A DNA stretch of 64,000 nt from Lama glama (GCA_028534125.1 CM052816.1:95420001-95484000); one strand, 5' to 3'. Numbered from the stretch's first letter, positions 12,706-25,699 are shown. Numbers and translations: made by a program. Notes: generated by a model not told the origin, from the letters alone.

Positions 12706-13165
12706 GTTGTCATCGACTGAATGGTGGCCTCCAAAATTTGTCCACACCCTAATCCCTGGAACCTGTGAATGTTACCTTATTTAGAAAAAGTTTTTGTAGA
12801 TATAATTAAATTAAGGATTTTGACATGAGATCATCTTGGATTATCCAGGTGGACCATAAATCCAGTGACAGGTGTCCTTATAAGAGTGAGGCAGAGGAAG
12901 ATTTGAGACACACAGAAGAGGTGGCCACGAGAAGATGAAAGCAGAGATTGGATTGATGCAGCCACAGGTCAAGGAACACTGGCAAACTCTAGAAACTGAA
13001 AGAGGCAAGGAATGGATTCTCCTCAGACCCTCTGTAGGAAGTCTTGCCCTGCTAACACTTTGATCTCAGACTTCTGGTCTCTAGAAGTGTGAGAGATAAA
13101 TTTCTGTTGTCTTAAGCCATCTAGTTTGTGGTCATTTGTTACAGCAGCCACAGGAAGCTAATACT
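12706..13165 (+). mobile_element. MaLR solo LTR (MLT1C/D-like)
   Basis: ctaatccctggaacctgtgaatgttaccttatt...tttgtggtcatttgttacagcagccacaggaagctaatac. Confidence 0.8.
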
Positions 13166-14659
13166 CATGCCTCACTGCTAGCCCGAACTTCAGTATTGAC
13201 TTGCTAGCTCCAGAGGCTGTAGCCAAAATCCCCAGTGTCAACCGCCTCTGCCACACATGGTTACATGCAGTGTCCAGAGGCAGCCCCCAGGGCCCCAAGG
13301 GAGTCCCTCTCTAACTGATTAGTCTCTTGACATACACATTTTCATCTGGTATTTGGGCTTCTAACTTGAAATTGTGCAGTTGCTGTTAAACAAAGTTCTT
13401 CCTAGAGATTTTATCTTAGATGTGTGAAGTCCAAAGGAACCTTTAGGGATTCTCTTGGCACTCCTCACTTCTATATTTATGGACACCACTAAGCTCTGAA
13501 GCTGAATTTCTTTTGTTATCTGTACATCTTCATTATCACCAAATATTTACTAAGTGCTTATTTTGTGCACTATGCTCTTAGACCCTGAAGATAAGCAAGT
13601 CAGGCATGCCTCAGACCTGCTTCCTGTCTTCCAAGATTACCTTTGAATTAGGGACTTTCCAGTTTTCCTCAGAAAGAATCTTTTTTACAACCTCACTTGG
13701 GGAACTCATGGAATGATTCGCATTCTGACTGCTTAGAGTCTAACTAGAATTTCTACATTTTTTAGGGTTTTTTTTAACCACAAACTTCAAGTATATGAAT
13801 AAACATACATGTTATTATTGTTTGTAAAGTTCTCCACCTCCCCTTCTCCTGGCTACAATATCTACTTCTCTTTCAGAGAACTGCTCCTCTCTCACTCCAA
13901 ACACAGTTCTAGGGGTCCTGCCAGTCTCCCCACTGGCCTATAACCATCTTCCTCCTCTGCCCCTGGGGAGGGTATGCAGTCTAGGCTGGAACACACATGT
14001 ACTCTCTTGGTGCCCACGAGTGATGTTCCTACTGCTGGCCCCTTCAAGCCACTCACCAGCCTTCTCCACCCCACTTTGAGGCCAGGTTTCTAATGCTTTT
14101 GTTGACAGTTACATTAACACAGTTTGACTCTGATCCTAACAATATACTTAATTTCAGTTTTGACCAATTATTCAGAAGCTCTAAAATATTATCTAACATT
14201 GACCAAGCACTTGCCAAGTGCCGGGCACTGTACAATGAACTTGATGCATATTAGCTCATTCAATTTTCAAAGCTCTGATGAGGCAGGAGCTGGAAAAAAC
14301 ACTCAGGGTCAGTGAGTTAGGCAGGTCCCACACCTCCCAAGTGTCCTCACTCAGCATCTAGCCCTGGGGCCTGTGCCGGGAACACGTCCCGGACTCACAA
14401 GAGACTCTGTGAGTCCCCATCAGAGGTGCCCCTGCTCCCTGCTTTTCTGAGGTCAGATAGTGTTTAACCTCACCCACTTCCCTTACTTTCCTCCCGGTGA
14501 TGCTCAGAGCCCCACTTCTCCTGAGGTGCTCCTCACAGCTGTGCCCCTACGCTGCACAGTGCCTCACTCCCTTGTTAATAGGACCGTGAGGACTACTCTC
14601 TTGACTAACTTCTGGGTATCCATTGAGAGACAGAATATACAGACAACATCCAGACCATT

Positions 14660-15070
14660 TGTGACAATAGAACTCTGATCCACAATCTGCTGCCACCAGC
14701 CCAGGAAGCCAAACCACCACCCCTGCAGCAGTCAACCCAGACCCATCAGCACTTAATCAGTAACTGTCAGCTTCCCTAATTTTTGGCCCCGCTTCCAATT
14801 TAGGGCCAATCAGAGAAAGCCAAATAAGCAACCCTAACCAATCACACAGGGTGCTCCGCCCCCTTCTAGTTAGCCCGCCTCCAGCTTCCCCATGACAACA
14901 GCCTGGCTTCCGGACACACCTGCAGCTTTTTCTGTTATAAAGTTTCCCCACTCCTCCCCCTGTCTCCGAGTCTCTGCCAAACGCAGGAGGGTGGCTGACT
15001 CCTTGCACAGCGAGCTCTGAAGCAACAGCCTTTGTTTTTCTCATTTGGGTGGTCTTTGTTTATTTCCACC
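14660..15070 (+). mobile_element. ERV1 solo LTR (MER110-like)
   Basis: ccagcccaggaagccaaaccac...cagcttccctaatttttggccccgcttccaa...ccaatcagagaaagccaaata...ttctagttagcccgcctccagcttcccc; several CCAAT boxes. Confidence 0.65.
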
Positions 15071-15951
15071 TCTTTTAGTTTTAGCTGGTCCTTAGGTCTT
15101 TCTGTTGATACCCATACCACCCCTGCCCTTCAGAAAACCTTCACCACTCTCTCTGAGGCCTGCCTTCCAGCCTCAAATCTGTCCCATTTCTGCACGAGTG
15201 ACTCTAACAAGCGTCAGGCTTTCCCCGCAGTGACTCACCAATTTCCTCATCAGGCCACACAACTCAAAGGCAGGTGAGACCTCCAATCACGAAGCGACAC
15301 CTACAGAGCCTCATTTTAGCCCCAGTACTGAGGAAGCAGTTGCCATAGCGATAGATGCTGGCCGGCGGGAGAGCGGCTCACCGCAGCCAGCCCACGCCGG
15401 AGGGGCCGGGGCTTCCGCTGCGCCTGAGCTGCTCACCTCCCACTCTCACCTCCCACCGCCGCACAAAGGGGCTGTGAGCTGGGATTGTCGGCGCCCATCA
15501 CTCTGGGCTTAGCACATCCCCTAGGTTGGCTGTTGAAGTCTGGGATCGCTCGGTTATGCAATTTAGGCTGTGTTGCTTAGCAACGAAATAACAAACAACG
15601 TAAATCGAATCTCCATTGAGTCTAAGGGAATGCCTTGTTTACGGGGACGCAATCTCAGTGCGCAGTGTCAAGGTAGGGGTGGGAGCAGTCTAAATCTTTT
15701 TAAATGGGGGATTAACACATGCAGTAAAAAGTGCACAGAGCTTAAGTGCACATCTTGGTAACTTGTAACTAGCACCCAGATTAAGACAGAATATTTCCAG
15801 GACTGCACAGAATTCCTTCCTGCCCTTCCCAGTCAGTACTCACTTCCCCGCACATGGATGTGATGTCTGTCACCACTAATTTGTTCTGCACGTTTTATGA
15901 TGATGATCGGTAGTAGTAGTATGTTTCAGGAGTACAGCATTATAATTCGAC

Positions 15952-16041
15952 ATTTTATTTTTGCCATTTTTAATGGAGGTACTGGGTATTGAACCCAGCA
16001 CCTCGTGCATGCTAAGCACCACTGAGCTATACCCCACCCCC
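15952..16041 (-). mobile_element. Camelid-type tRNA-Ala-derived SINE (small internal deletion), inserted in an L1 3' fragment
   Basis: Reverse tRNA-Ala head (tggaggtactgggtattgaacccagcacctcgtgcatgctaagcac-cactgagctatacccc); TSD aattcgac at 15944-15951 and 16043-16050. Confidence 0.85.
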
Positions 16042-16948
16042 AAATTCGACGCTTTATAATTTGTATACACTACAGGGTGATCACCACAAGCCTGGTTACC
16101 ATCGGTCACCATACAGTTGACCCCCTTCATCCATTTCACCCACCCTCAACCCACTTTCCCTCTGGTTACCACTAATCTGATCTCTGTATCTGTGAGTTTG
16201 CTTTTGTTTTATTTTGTTTGTTTGGTTGGTTTTTTTAAGATTGCATATATGAGTGAAATCATACAGTATTCGTCTTTCTTGATCTGACTAATTTCTTCCC
16301 CACCAGTCAGTGCGGTGAAATCCTGTAACCCTTGATCCTGATCCGCCAGGGTTAGGGCATCCCAGAGCTGTGGAGGCCCAGACAGTTTGCTGCAAGGGAA
16401 TCTCAGGCACTAGAATTCTGTTTCCCCCAAGCAGCGTCTCCTTTCTTTCCAGTCAGTTTCCTCTTCCAATTTTAAAAACTGCTTATTTTGAAATAATTTT
16501 AGATTTACCAAAAAGCTGCAATAATAGTACAAATTCTCCTATACATTACACCCACATTCCCCATTTCCTTTACCATTCTGTCTAGCATACATGAATAATT
16601 TGTACACATTAATTTTTCTGAACCGTTTGAGAGTAGATTGCAACATATTGCCTCTTTGCCCCTAAATACTTCATATATATTTCTCTTTTTAAAAAAAGGA
16701 CATTTTCTTGGATAACCAGTACATTTACCAAAGTGATAAAATTAACATTGGCACACCATTGTTACATAATCTACACACCTTATAGAAATTTTGCCATTTA
16801 CAAGTGTCCTTTTTTTAAATTGCAGTTTTCAAAAATTAGCTTTTATTGCAGTAAAACATATATAACATTAAATTTACCATTTTAGCCATTTTTAAGTGTA
16901 CAATTCGTGACATTAAGAACATTCGCAATGTTGTGCAACCATCACCAC

Positions 16949-18174
16949 TGTCTTAGTCCTTCTGGGACGCTATAACAAAAATACCATAGGCTGGCTGGGT
17001 GGCTGTAAACAGAAATTTACTTCTCACCATTCTAGCATGCTGGAAGTCCAAGAACAAGGAGCTGGCAGATTAGACGTCTGGTAAGAACTTGCTTTCTGTT
17101 TCACAGCCAGCCATCTTTTCACTGTGTCCTCTTAGGTTGGAGGGAGCTGAGAGCTCTCTGGGGTCTCTTCTATAAGAACACTAACCCCTCTCATAACCTA
17201 ATCACCCCTCAAAGGCCCCATCTCCAAATATCATGACATTAGGATGAGGTTTTTTTTTTCCTCCATAGATATCTCGTTTTTTTGTTTTTTAATTGAAGCA
17301 CAGTCAGTTACAATGTGTCAATTTCTGGTGTACAGCACAGTGTCCCAGTCATGCATATACTCATTTTAATATTCTTTCTCATTAAAGGTTATTACAAGAT
17401 ATTAAACATAGCTCCCTGTGCTATACAGCAGAAAAAATTTTTTAAATCTATTTTTATATACAGTGGCTAACATTTGTAAATCTTAAACTTCCAAATGTAT
17501 CCCTTCCCACCCCCTTTCCCCAGTAACCAAAAGATTGTTTACTATGTCTGCTGGTCTGTTTCTGTTTTGTAGATGAGTTCATAGTGTCCTTGGTCTTCTT
17601 TCTCTTTTTAGAGTCTACATATGAGTGATATCACATGGTATTTTTCTTTCTCTTTCTGGCTTACTTCACTTAGAATGACCATCTCTAGGTCCATCCATGT
17701 TGCTGCAAATGGCATTATTTTATTCTTTTTAATGGCTGGGTAGTATTCCATCACATAAATATACCACAACTTCTTTATCCAGTCATCTGTCCATGGACAT
17801 TTAGGTTGCTTCCATGTCTTGGCTATTGTATATAGTGCTGCTGTGAACACTGAGTTTCGTGTATCTTTTCAAATTAGTCCCACTGGATATATGCCCAGCA
17901 GTGGGATTGCTGGGTCACAGAGGAGGTCTATTTTTAGTTTTTTCAGGAATCTCCATACTGCTTTCTGTAAAGGCTGCACCAAACTACATTCCCACCAGCA
18001 GTGTAGGAGGGTTCCCTTTTCTCCACCCCCTCTCCAGCATTTATTGTTTGTGGACTTTTGAATGATGGCCATTCTGACTAGTGTGAGGTGATACCATATT
18101 ACAGGTTTGATTTGCATTTCAGGATGAGGTTTTAATACGTGAATTTGGGGGGACACACCATTCAGTCCACAGCA
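16949..18174 (-). mobile_element. MaLR LTR (MLT1A/MST-like) interrupted by a young L1
   Basis: TG...CA termini with 5-bp TSD accac at 16944-16948 and 18175-18179. Confidence 0.8.
17254..18120 (-). mobile_element. Lineage-young L1, ORF2 C-terminus plus 3'UTR, 5'-truncated
   Basis: ORF2p C-terminal peptides ([52 protein letters not shown]); TSD aggatgaggtttt at 17241-17253 and 18121-18133. Confidence 0.92.
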
Positions 18175-19529
18175 ACCACTATCCATTTCTAGTTGATTCT
18201 CATAATCTCAGACTGAAAGTCTGTACTCATTAAACAATAACTCTGCATTCCTCCTCTCCCTCAGCCCCCATAACCACTATTTTTTCTGTCTCTATGAATT
18301 TGACTATTCAGGTACTTCATAAAAGTAGAATCACACAATACGTTTCCTTTTTTGACTGGATAATTTCACTTTCCCCAAGTTTCATCCTTGCTGTAGTATG
18401 ACTAATTTCCTTTATAAGGAAAGGAGGAAAAAATATTTTTTCCTGGTCCAGAATCCAATCCAGAATCCATACTGCATTTAGTTGTCACATCTCTTTAGTT
18501 CCCTTCAGTAAAGAACAAATCCTTAGTCTTTGTTGCTCATGAGATGGACTTTTTTTGTAGGATGCAGGCCAGTTATTTTGTGAAAGGTCTTTCAGTTTGA
18601 TTTGTTTGATATTCCCTCACCGTGAAATTCAGGTGATGCAATTGAGGCTGGAGCAGCATCGAAGCGATGTTGTGCCCTTCCATTGCATCATGTTAGAGCC
18701 AAATATTGTCAACTTGTCCCGTTACGGTGACATTAACTTTGATCCCTTGGTTAAGATGGTGGCCAAGTTACTATTTTCCCTTTTGTAGTTGGTGTCCTGT
18801 GCAGAAAGGGTTCGAGACCATATGCAAATCCTGTTTCTCATTAAAGTTTCACCCACCGTTTTAGCATCCATTGATAAATCTCCCTGACTCAATTATTATA
18901 CATGATTATTACTCTGGTGGCTCCAAACAGCATTTTCTAATTCCATTATTCCTTCTACATTCATTGGTTGATATTCTATCATAAAGAAGACCTTTCCTGT
19001 CTCCCTGTATATTTATTTTTTTATGTGTATAATTATATCTGCATGCACTTGTGGATTCTTACTTCAGGCTATGATTCTAATAGCATCAAGTAAGAATAGT
19101 TATAATTAAGTAACATCATTATCTCAGATTTGTCCAATGGGAGCCTATGCAAGTTAACGATCTTTGGTCCTTTTGAGATGCTCCTTTCTTTGAGCACTTC
19201 CTCGCTGTCTGGCAGAATAATAGGTTTGGGGCACATATTGTCTTTTTCCTACCTGAATCCTGAAATTGGTCATTTCTCCATGGAGCTCTGGTTCCTTTTA
19301 GTGGAGAATGGTACTCGGAACCCCCAGATCTGGGCACTAGGTGAGCATCAAGTCCCTCTTAGCAGGCAGAATTGGCCACGCCAGCATTAGCTGTGTGGCA
19401 CTTCAGCCTTTACAAATGCCTTCTCACATGAATTCCGGTTCTCAGTTGACTGCGAAGTTAGATACCAAAAATCACGAGTTCATCCTGGGAGTGGATTACG
19501 TGGGGCTCATTTTCTTCATTTTTAAGATA

Positions 19530-19948
19530 TATGTATCCATGTCCCCTGGCTGCTGTAGCAAATTACCACAAACGTGGTGGCTTAAAACAATACATGTTTA
19601 TGATGTTACAGTTTGGGGGTCAAAAGTCTGAAATAGGTTTGTTTCATGGGCCTGATTCCTTCTGGAGGCTCTAGAGGAGAACCTGTCTCCTTGCCTTTTC
19701 CACCTTCTAGAAGCTGTTCGCTCTCCCAGCTGTTTCCTTCCCCCACCTTCAAAGCCAGCAATTGCATCATTCCAATCTCTGCTTCTGTCCTCACATTTCC
19801 TCTGACGCTAACTCTCCAGTTTCTCTCTTCTAGGGACCCCCGTAGTTACACTGTACCCTCTGGATAATCCAGCCTAATCACCCATCGCAAATTCCTTAAC
19901 TTGCTCATCTGTGCAAAGTCCTTTACTTCTTTCTTTCTTTCTTCTACT

Positions 19949-19981
<33 letters not shown>

Positions 19982-20050
19982 CTTTAACATATTTACAGGT
20001 TCTGGGAATTAGGAGGTGGATATCTTCGGAAGGCCATTATTCTATTCAAC
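19530..20050 (-). mobile_element. MaLR LTR (MLT1C-like) containing a poly(T) run at ~19951-19979
   Basis: ggctgctgtagcaaattaccacaaacgtggtggcttaaaacaa...ccttctggaggctctagaggagaa...acaggttctgggaattagga. Confidence 0.75.
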
Positions 20051-20199
20051 GTATTTTATATATTGTTAAATAATGAATGTAAATTATTATGGCAATGAAA
20101 AAATAGTTACAAGAAAGAAGGGTCAAATGGACAGTTGCCCTCTTGCTCACCCCTGCAACTCTAGATGGCATCTACCACCAGCTCCTGAAGCATCCTGTC

Positions 20200-21360
20200 A
20201 CTTCGGCCGGAGGGTGGCAGAGACAGAAGCTTGTGAGCTGGCCCCAAAGGCGAAGGTCCAGGGCCCCCGCCCAGGTGAATAGCTCCGGCTCTCCTTCCAA
20301 CCCCCAGCTCCCCAGGCGAGACGTCCCCTCTTTTCTGTCTCTGAGATTCCTCCAGCTGGCATGCATTTCAGAGGCAGACTCAGGAGACTGTGGGGCGCCT
20401 GGGACGCGGTGTCCATTTGCGTGGCTAGATTGCAAGTACACAGGGGTGATGTTTAACCCGTCTCCGTGCATCTGATGCACGAAACGTCTACACCGCTGTC
20501 TCCCTTCGCACCCCCTCCGCTTGCTCGCGGGGGCCCGGCCTGTCCTGTGCACGGTGCCCACACGGCCGGGCAGGGTTCCGCGTGACCCCGGAGCCCCCGC
20601 CCCCGCACTGGCTCCCGGCCGCCGCGCTTCTGCTTTCTCCGCGACCCCCAACCCCACCGCTCCACGCTCCTATTTGCCTTTCTCCCTAATACAAACATTG
20701 CCTTTTGACCAACCTCCAGTCCCCTGCCGTCCCTTTGATTCGGAGCCAGGTCTCGCTGGGAGAGTCAGGACGGGTTCTGCTGACTCGGCGCCAGTGACCA
20801 GGTCCGCCCTCCCGCCCCCGACTCTCGGGCGGCCCTCGGGGGACATCGCGCCCACCCAAGGGCACCAGGCCTCTCTGTCCCGCCAGTGCCCGCAGTTCTC
20901 CTTTCTCCCCCCGCTGCCTGAGATCGGCAGCCTCCCTGGGGGGACAATCCAGCGGTGCCGCCGCCACCTGGGCCCTTTGAAAAGCCCGTTCTCTCGGCTG
21001 CCAGACGGGTTGTGGTTGGTTTCGGGGTCTCCAGGATGCCTGGGATGCGCTTGGGCCCAAAACCTTGGTTAGTGCCGCGTGCCCCACTTTCCCAGGACCA
21101 CGGCCCCTGGGGCTGGGCGGGGGTGGAGGGTCCCTGCATTGGGCAGGCTGGGCGGGCGACCCTCCCGGCACCGCGTGCGCGCCCGCAGGCCGGCCTGGCG
21201 GGCAGCCCGCCCCCTGGGGGCGCGGCTAGAGGCGCCTCGCCCACCCTCTGTTGTCCCCAACCCTACCCCACCCACCCGGGCGGCAAGAGGGAGAAGGGAA
21301 AACGGAGACTTGAAGAAAAAGTGACAAAGACCAAAGCCAGAGGCTGTTTCCGAGGCGATT
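20200..21360. promoter_or_regulatory. Orphan intergenic CpG island
   Basis: GC- and CpG-dense non-repeat sequence ~17 kb from both identified gene starts; no recognisable protein in the overlapping ORFs. Confidence 0.75.
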
Positions 21361-21424
21361 TTCTTGCACTTTGAACAGAAAAGATACACGGTGTACATTC
21401 CTCTGAGAATACTCATCCTCAGTG

Positions 21425-21995
21425 CTCCATTTTTAACCTCTTTATTGAGATCTGACTCGCATAAACCAAACCATTCATCCAATGTGCAATTCAGTGGTTT
21501 TTACATTCACGGGGTGGTGCAATCCTCACCGCAATCAATTTTGGACCGTTTTCCTTTCTGTAAAAAGAAATCTAAACACATTAGCAGTTGCTCTCCACTT
21601 CTCCTCTCCCCTCCCCTCAGCTCCTGGCAACCTCTAATCTACTTTGTGTCTGTAGAGATTTGACTATTTTGGACGTTTCATGTGAAGGAAATCGTGTATC
21701 ATGTGGGCTTTCGCGGCCGACGTCTGTCACTTAGCACGATATCTAGGTCCGTCTATATTTTAGCATGCGTTGGTACCGTCATTTCTTTTTATCACCGAAT
21801 AATATTCCATTGTGTGGATACAACACATTTTATTTCTCTGTTCATTAGCTGATAGACCCTTGGATTGTTCCCACTTTTTGGCTGGTATGAACAATGCTGC
21901 TATGAACATTTATGTATAAGTTTCTGTGTGGACATATGTTTTCAATTCTCTTGGCTATATTCCTGGGAGTGGATTACTGGACTATATGATAACTC
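21425..21995 (-). mobile_element. L1MB-like 3' fragment
   Basis: ctcctggcaacctctaatctactttgtgtctgtagagatttgactattttggacgtttcat...aataatattccattgtgtggatacaacacattttatt. Confidence 0.75.
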
Positions 21996-23477
21996 TAAGA
22001 GTTCAAGGAACCGTCCAAGACCTAATCTGAGATATTTGGGGAAGAGGGAGGCGGGACCAGTTCAAAAAGCGATTGAATAGATCTGCTGAAGCCCAGGATA
22101 CATTACCTCCCAGGTGTTGACAGAGAATCTTTTATACAGAAAGCCTGCTATACGGTGACCTAAGAGAGGAATTCCTCGCTATATTGAGAGGAATAAGACA
22201 AAGTTCAAGGAGGGCTCGGTCGGTCCAGTGAGGACATCCTCCTGCCAGTGAGAGGGACACAGACATCCCAGCTCCCAGCACTAACCCTTTCACAGAGAGG
22301 GCAGAAGTCCACAGTGGGGGCCGGTTTCAGTGGGGGTTCTGGTGAGTGCTTGCAGAGAGCGCGGCTTTGCAGCTGAAATAATATTTGCCTCCACCTCCAA
22401 GAGAATTTGCAGCAGCCAGCAGGGGGGATCAGCATGGGTTCAAGGCCAGCCATGTGAATGCCTGATCACTTGGCAGTGGTGGCAGGGGAACAGGAGTGGG
22501 GGAGACAGGCCTGAGAACAAACTGAGGCTGGACTTCGATGCCATGCTAGGAAGTCTGGACTTGACCCTTTAGGCCCTGGCAGCCACCCCAGGACTTGGGG
22601 CTGGGCAGGTTGGTCAGCCCGTGTACTGGAGCCATGCCCTTGAAAGAGGGGAGGCAGGGAGGCCTGAAGATGGAGGTTTGGGTGGAGGCTACCACCAGAA
22701 GAGAGACTGGAAAACCTGGAGGCAAAGAGCCAGAAAAGAAGGTGGGGAAAGCGTGGAGGAGGCAGGTGGGGAACAATCACAGGACCATGAAAAGCGGGAG
22801 GTAGTGAGGGAGATGGAGAGCCCCCTGGAGTCAGAAACATTTTAGTCATTTTTTCCTAGGGAGAAAGAATGGCAGTGACATTGGTAGTACCCAGGGCACA
22901 TCCAGATGCTGAAGATTTACCTGTGTGTTTCTTCCAACTGAGCTACAATAAGGAAATAGCTTCACATGAAAACTCAGATTCTTTTGGTTCAGGACAAAGC
23001 CTTCACTCTCCATCTCTGCAGAGTCGGGGTGGGGTGGGGGTGCCCAGTCTGTAATGGTAGCCCAGTACACAGGATGCCCCCTTAAGTGGCACACATCACC
23101 CCAACCCCACGCCCAGCCGCACATTTGCAACCTCTCCAGGCTCTTCCCAGATGGCTACTTAAGGGCCACCCTCAGTCAGCAGAAGTGTGAAAAGGAGTTA
23201 CTTATCTCCAAGAAGCTGATTTTTTTCTTCCTTTTTTTTCTTGTTTCTCTGTTCCTGTGCCTCTTCCCTCCATCCCCTGTTCTGTAAGAACTCAGAATTC
23301 CAGCCACCCAGTGTCTCTGTAGGACCCGTTCCCAGGGTGGTGTCATTTCTCCTCAAGCATTAAGACCCTGTGTCGGAGCCAGCCGACAATCAATCAGGTC
23401 CAGAAACCTGTGCTGCAGGACTGAGAAAAGAAAGACAAGACTAAAAGATGGGGTTGAGAGGGTCTCACTCTAAGCCC

Positions 23478-23577
23478 NNNNNNNNNNNNNNNNNNNNNNN
23501 NNNNNNNNNNNNNNNNNNNNNNNNNNNNNNNNNNNNNNNNNNNNNNNNNNNNNNNNNNNNNNNNNNNNNNNNNNNNN
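23478..23577. other. Assembly gap (100 N)
   Basis: Run of N. Confidence 0.99.
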
Positions 23578-24748
23578 CCACTAACTTGTATGCTGATTGT
23601 ATCTCTCTGTTCTAAGGTCATCAGTGACTTAATAGCTCTGGATGTTCCTAGAGCTTTAGAACACCTGGTGCATTCTTCTTCAAAGGGGTGGCGGGACAGA
23701 GATTGTCTTTGCTAGATCAATCTCAGAGCCTGACGCCAGCACTTTGGGATTTTCCGTCCCATTCTATGCTTGGCAGTCCTCAGGTCATGAGTGGCTCCCC
23801 GCACCCTGGGCTCTGGCACAGGTTGGGGGGTGTTGCAGAAAAGGCCCTTGACTCAAGTTTTCAAAGAAAAAAACATTCCGTAAAGATGGTTGGAGACAGA
23901 AAATCTGGGCTAAGGGCAACAGAGGAGCAAGCCAAAGAGCTTCCAGGATGCTGAAGCTCTTGCTTCAATTCACAGCACATTCCTTACTTGCCCTTGAGGA
24001 ATCAAGTTCAAGGTCAGGGAGGACTGCTAGTGCAAAGGCTCTGAAGTGAAAAAGAGCACGATGAATTTCAAAAGCATGGATAATTGGGGCAGGTGTGGGG
24101 GCGGTTTCAGACTTTGATATTTTTTCATGTCACCGTCTTCCCAAGGAATTCTTGGAATTAGCCCAGACTGCAGAGGTGGTCAGATGTCGGAGTGGCCCTG
24201 GTTCCCATCCAGGCATTGTTCCATATTGCCAGAGTGTGACAGGCTTGGCAGCCTGCAGTGACAAGAGAGCCAAGTTCTGAGCTGCGTGTACAAGGGCTAT
24301 CCTGGCTGCCTCTGTGCGTTCTACTCTGACGACCTTCCCCGCAGTTCACATTTATGTTCAGCTTTGTCTGCAGCCTCTTGGGAATTGGATCATTTCATAA
24401 TACTACAACATTATGAAATGTTTAGGCCTCAGGAAACCTAAGGGATTTGACATACAATTAGATAATAACAGTGGTTTTAAAAATAGCTAATGGATTTGCA
24501 TTACTCTTCTCTTAGTTGATGGTTAAAATACCCGTAAAAACCACAGGGTCAGATTTCTCTGACTCATCTATAAGTGGTTCCTGATAGTTTTCAATAAAGA
24601 TTAACTACATCAAAGCTGCAATGAACGCAAGTTTCTGATCCAAAATAGATCTTTTGTCTAATTTCATCCAGTTTAGTTTCAGAACCAAAAGCTAATTTAA
24701 TTAATGTTTATATGAGCTTTAAAAGTTATTAACAATAGTGCGGTGCAT

Positions 24749-25177
24749 TGTGATGGTCATGGCCCCCACAAACGGTGTCCTGCGTCCTCGCCCCTTTACA
24801 GTGTGACTTTGCTGCTCTTCCCTAAATCAAGAGGTGGGACCTCATTCTCCACCCCTTGACTCTGCGCTGACCTCTTGACTTGCTTTGGTGGATAGAGTGC
24901 GCCAGAAGTGACATTGTGCAATCTTGGACACTAGGCCTTAAGAGGTATTGTAAATTCCATTTTCAATGTCTTGGAACAGCCAGAGACTGTGTGGAGAGAG
25001 AAGCCCCACCAGCAGCCCAGCCAAGGCCCCAGGATGTGAATGAGGCCATCTTCTACTCAGCATCTCCACCAGCGGTCTGACCCCGGGTAGACCAGCAGAA
25101 ACTGGAAAAACAGTATCTCGTTGCTTTAAGCCTCCAAGTTTTAGGGACATTGGTTATGCACAAGAGATAACTAATAC
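24749..25177 (+). mobile_element. MaLR LTR (MLT1F/E-like)
   Basis: ccctttacagtgtgactttgctgctcttccc...ttgctttaagcctccaagttttagggacattggttatgcacaagagataactaatac. Confidence 0.7.
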
Positions 25178-25699
25178 CACTGGTATCCTAAATGGTGATA
25201 GAATGGAGTCCTTTTCCTATAAAAACAGACCTCACTCCTAAAAATGAGATGTTTCCTCACTTTCCAGAATTTAAAAATAGCTAATGGATTTGCATGGTAA
25301 GGTAGAGTTTTCACCTTTGAAAGAAAGAAAGCAGAGTTGCTCAAAAAAGCCTGTGAATTTAGGTTTGAATGCCAAAATCTAATCATGTTTATCCATATTT
25401 TAAACTTAAGTTTTATTATTCAGGCTAAGAGCTAGTTAGGGGGAAAGAAAAATACACTGATAAATGGGTTTCATGATGCCCTCTCATTTGTCTTGGCCAG
25501 TGCTTTGCTGACTTCCAACTCGAAGGAGTTGGAACCTGCCCTCTGTGCATTTGGCTTTGAATTAGCAAAATCGTGCTCTTTCTGCCCTCTTTCCATGCTG
25601 ATACCTCCTTCACAGCAGCTCTCACTGCACTAGTAGACACTGCGTTTCTCAACCTGACATCATGACCTTTCTCTCTTGCAGGAATTTAAATTAAAATCT

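Noticed and set aside
20172..21482. Multiple 100-180 aa ORFs in the orphan CpG island
   Set aside because: No recognisable domain, all frames open, composition-driven.
24005..24016. AGTTCAAGGTCA DR0-type nuclear receptor motif
   Set aside because: Single isolated motif with no supporting cluster; chance level in 64 kb.
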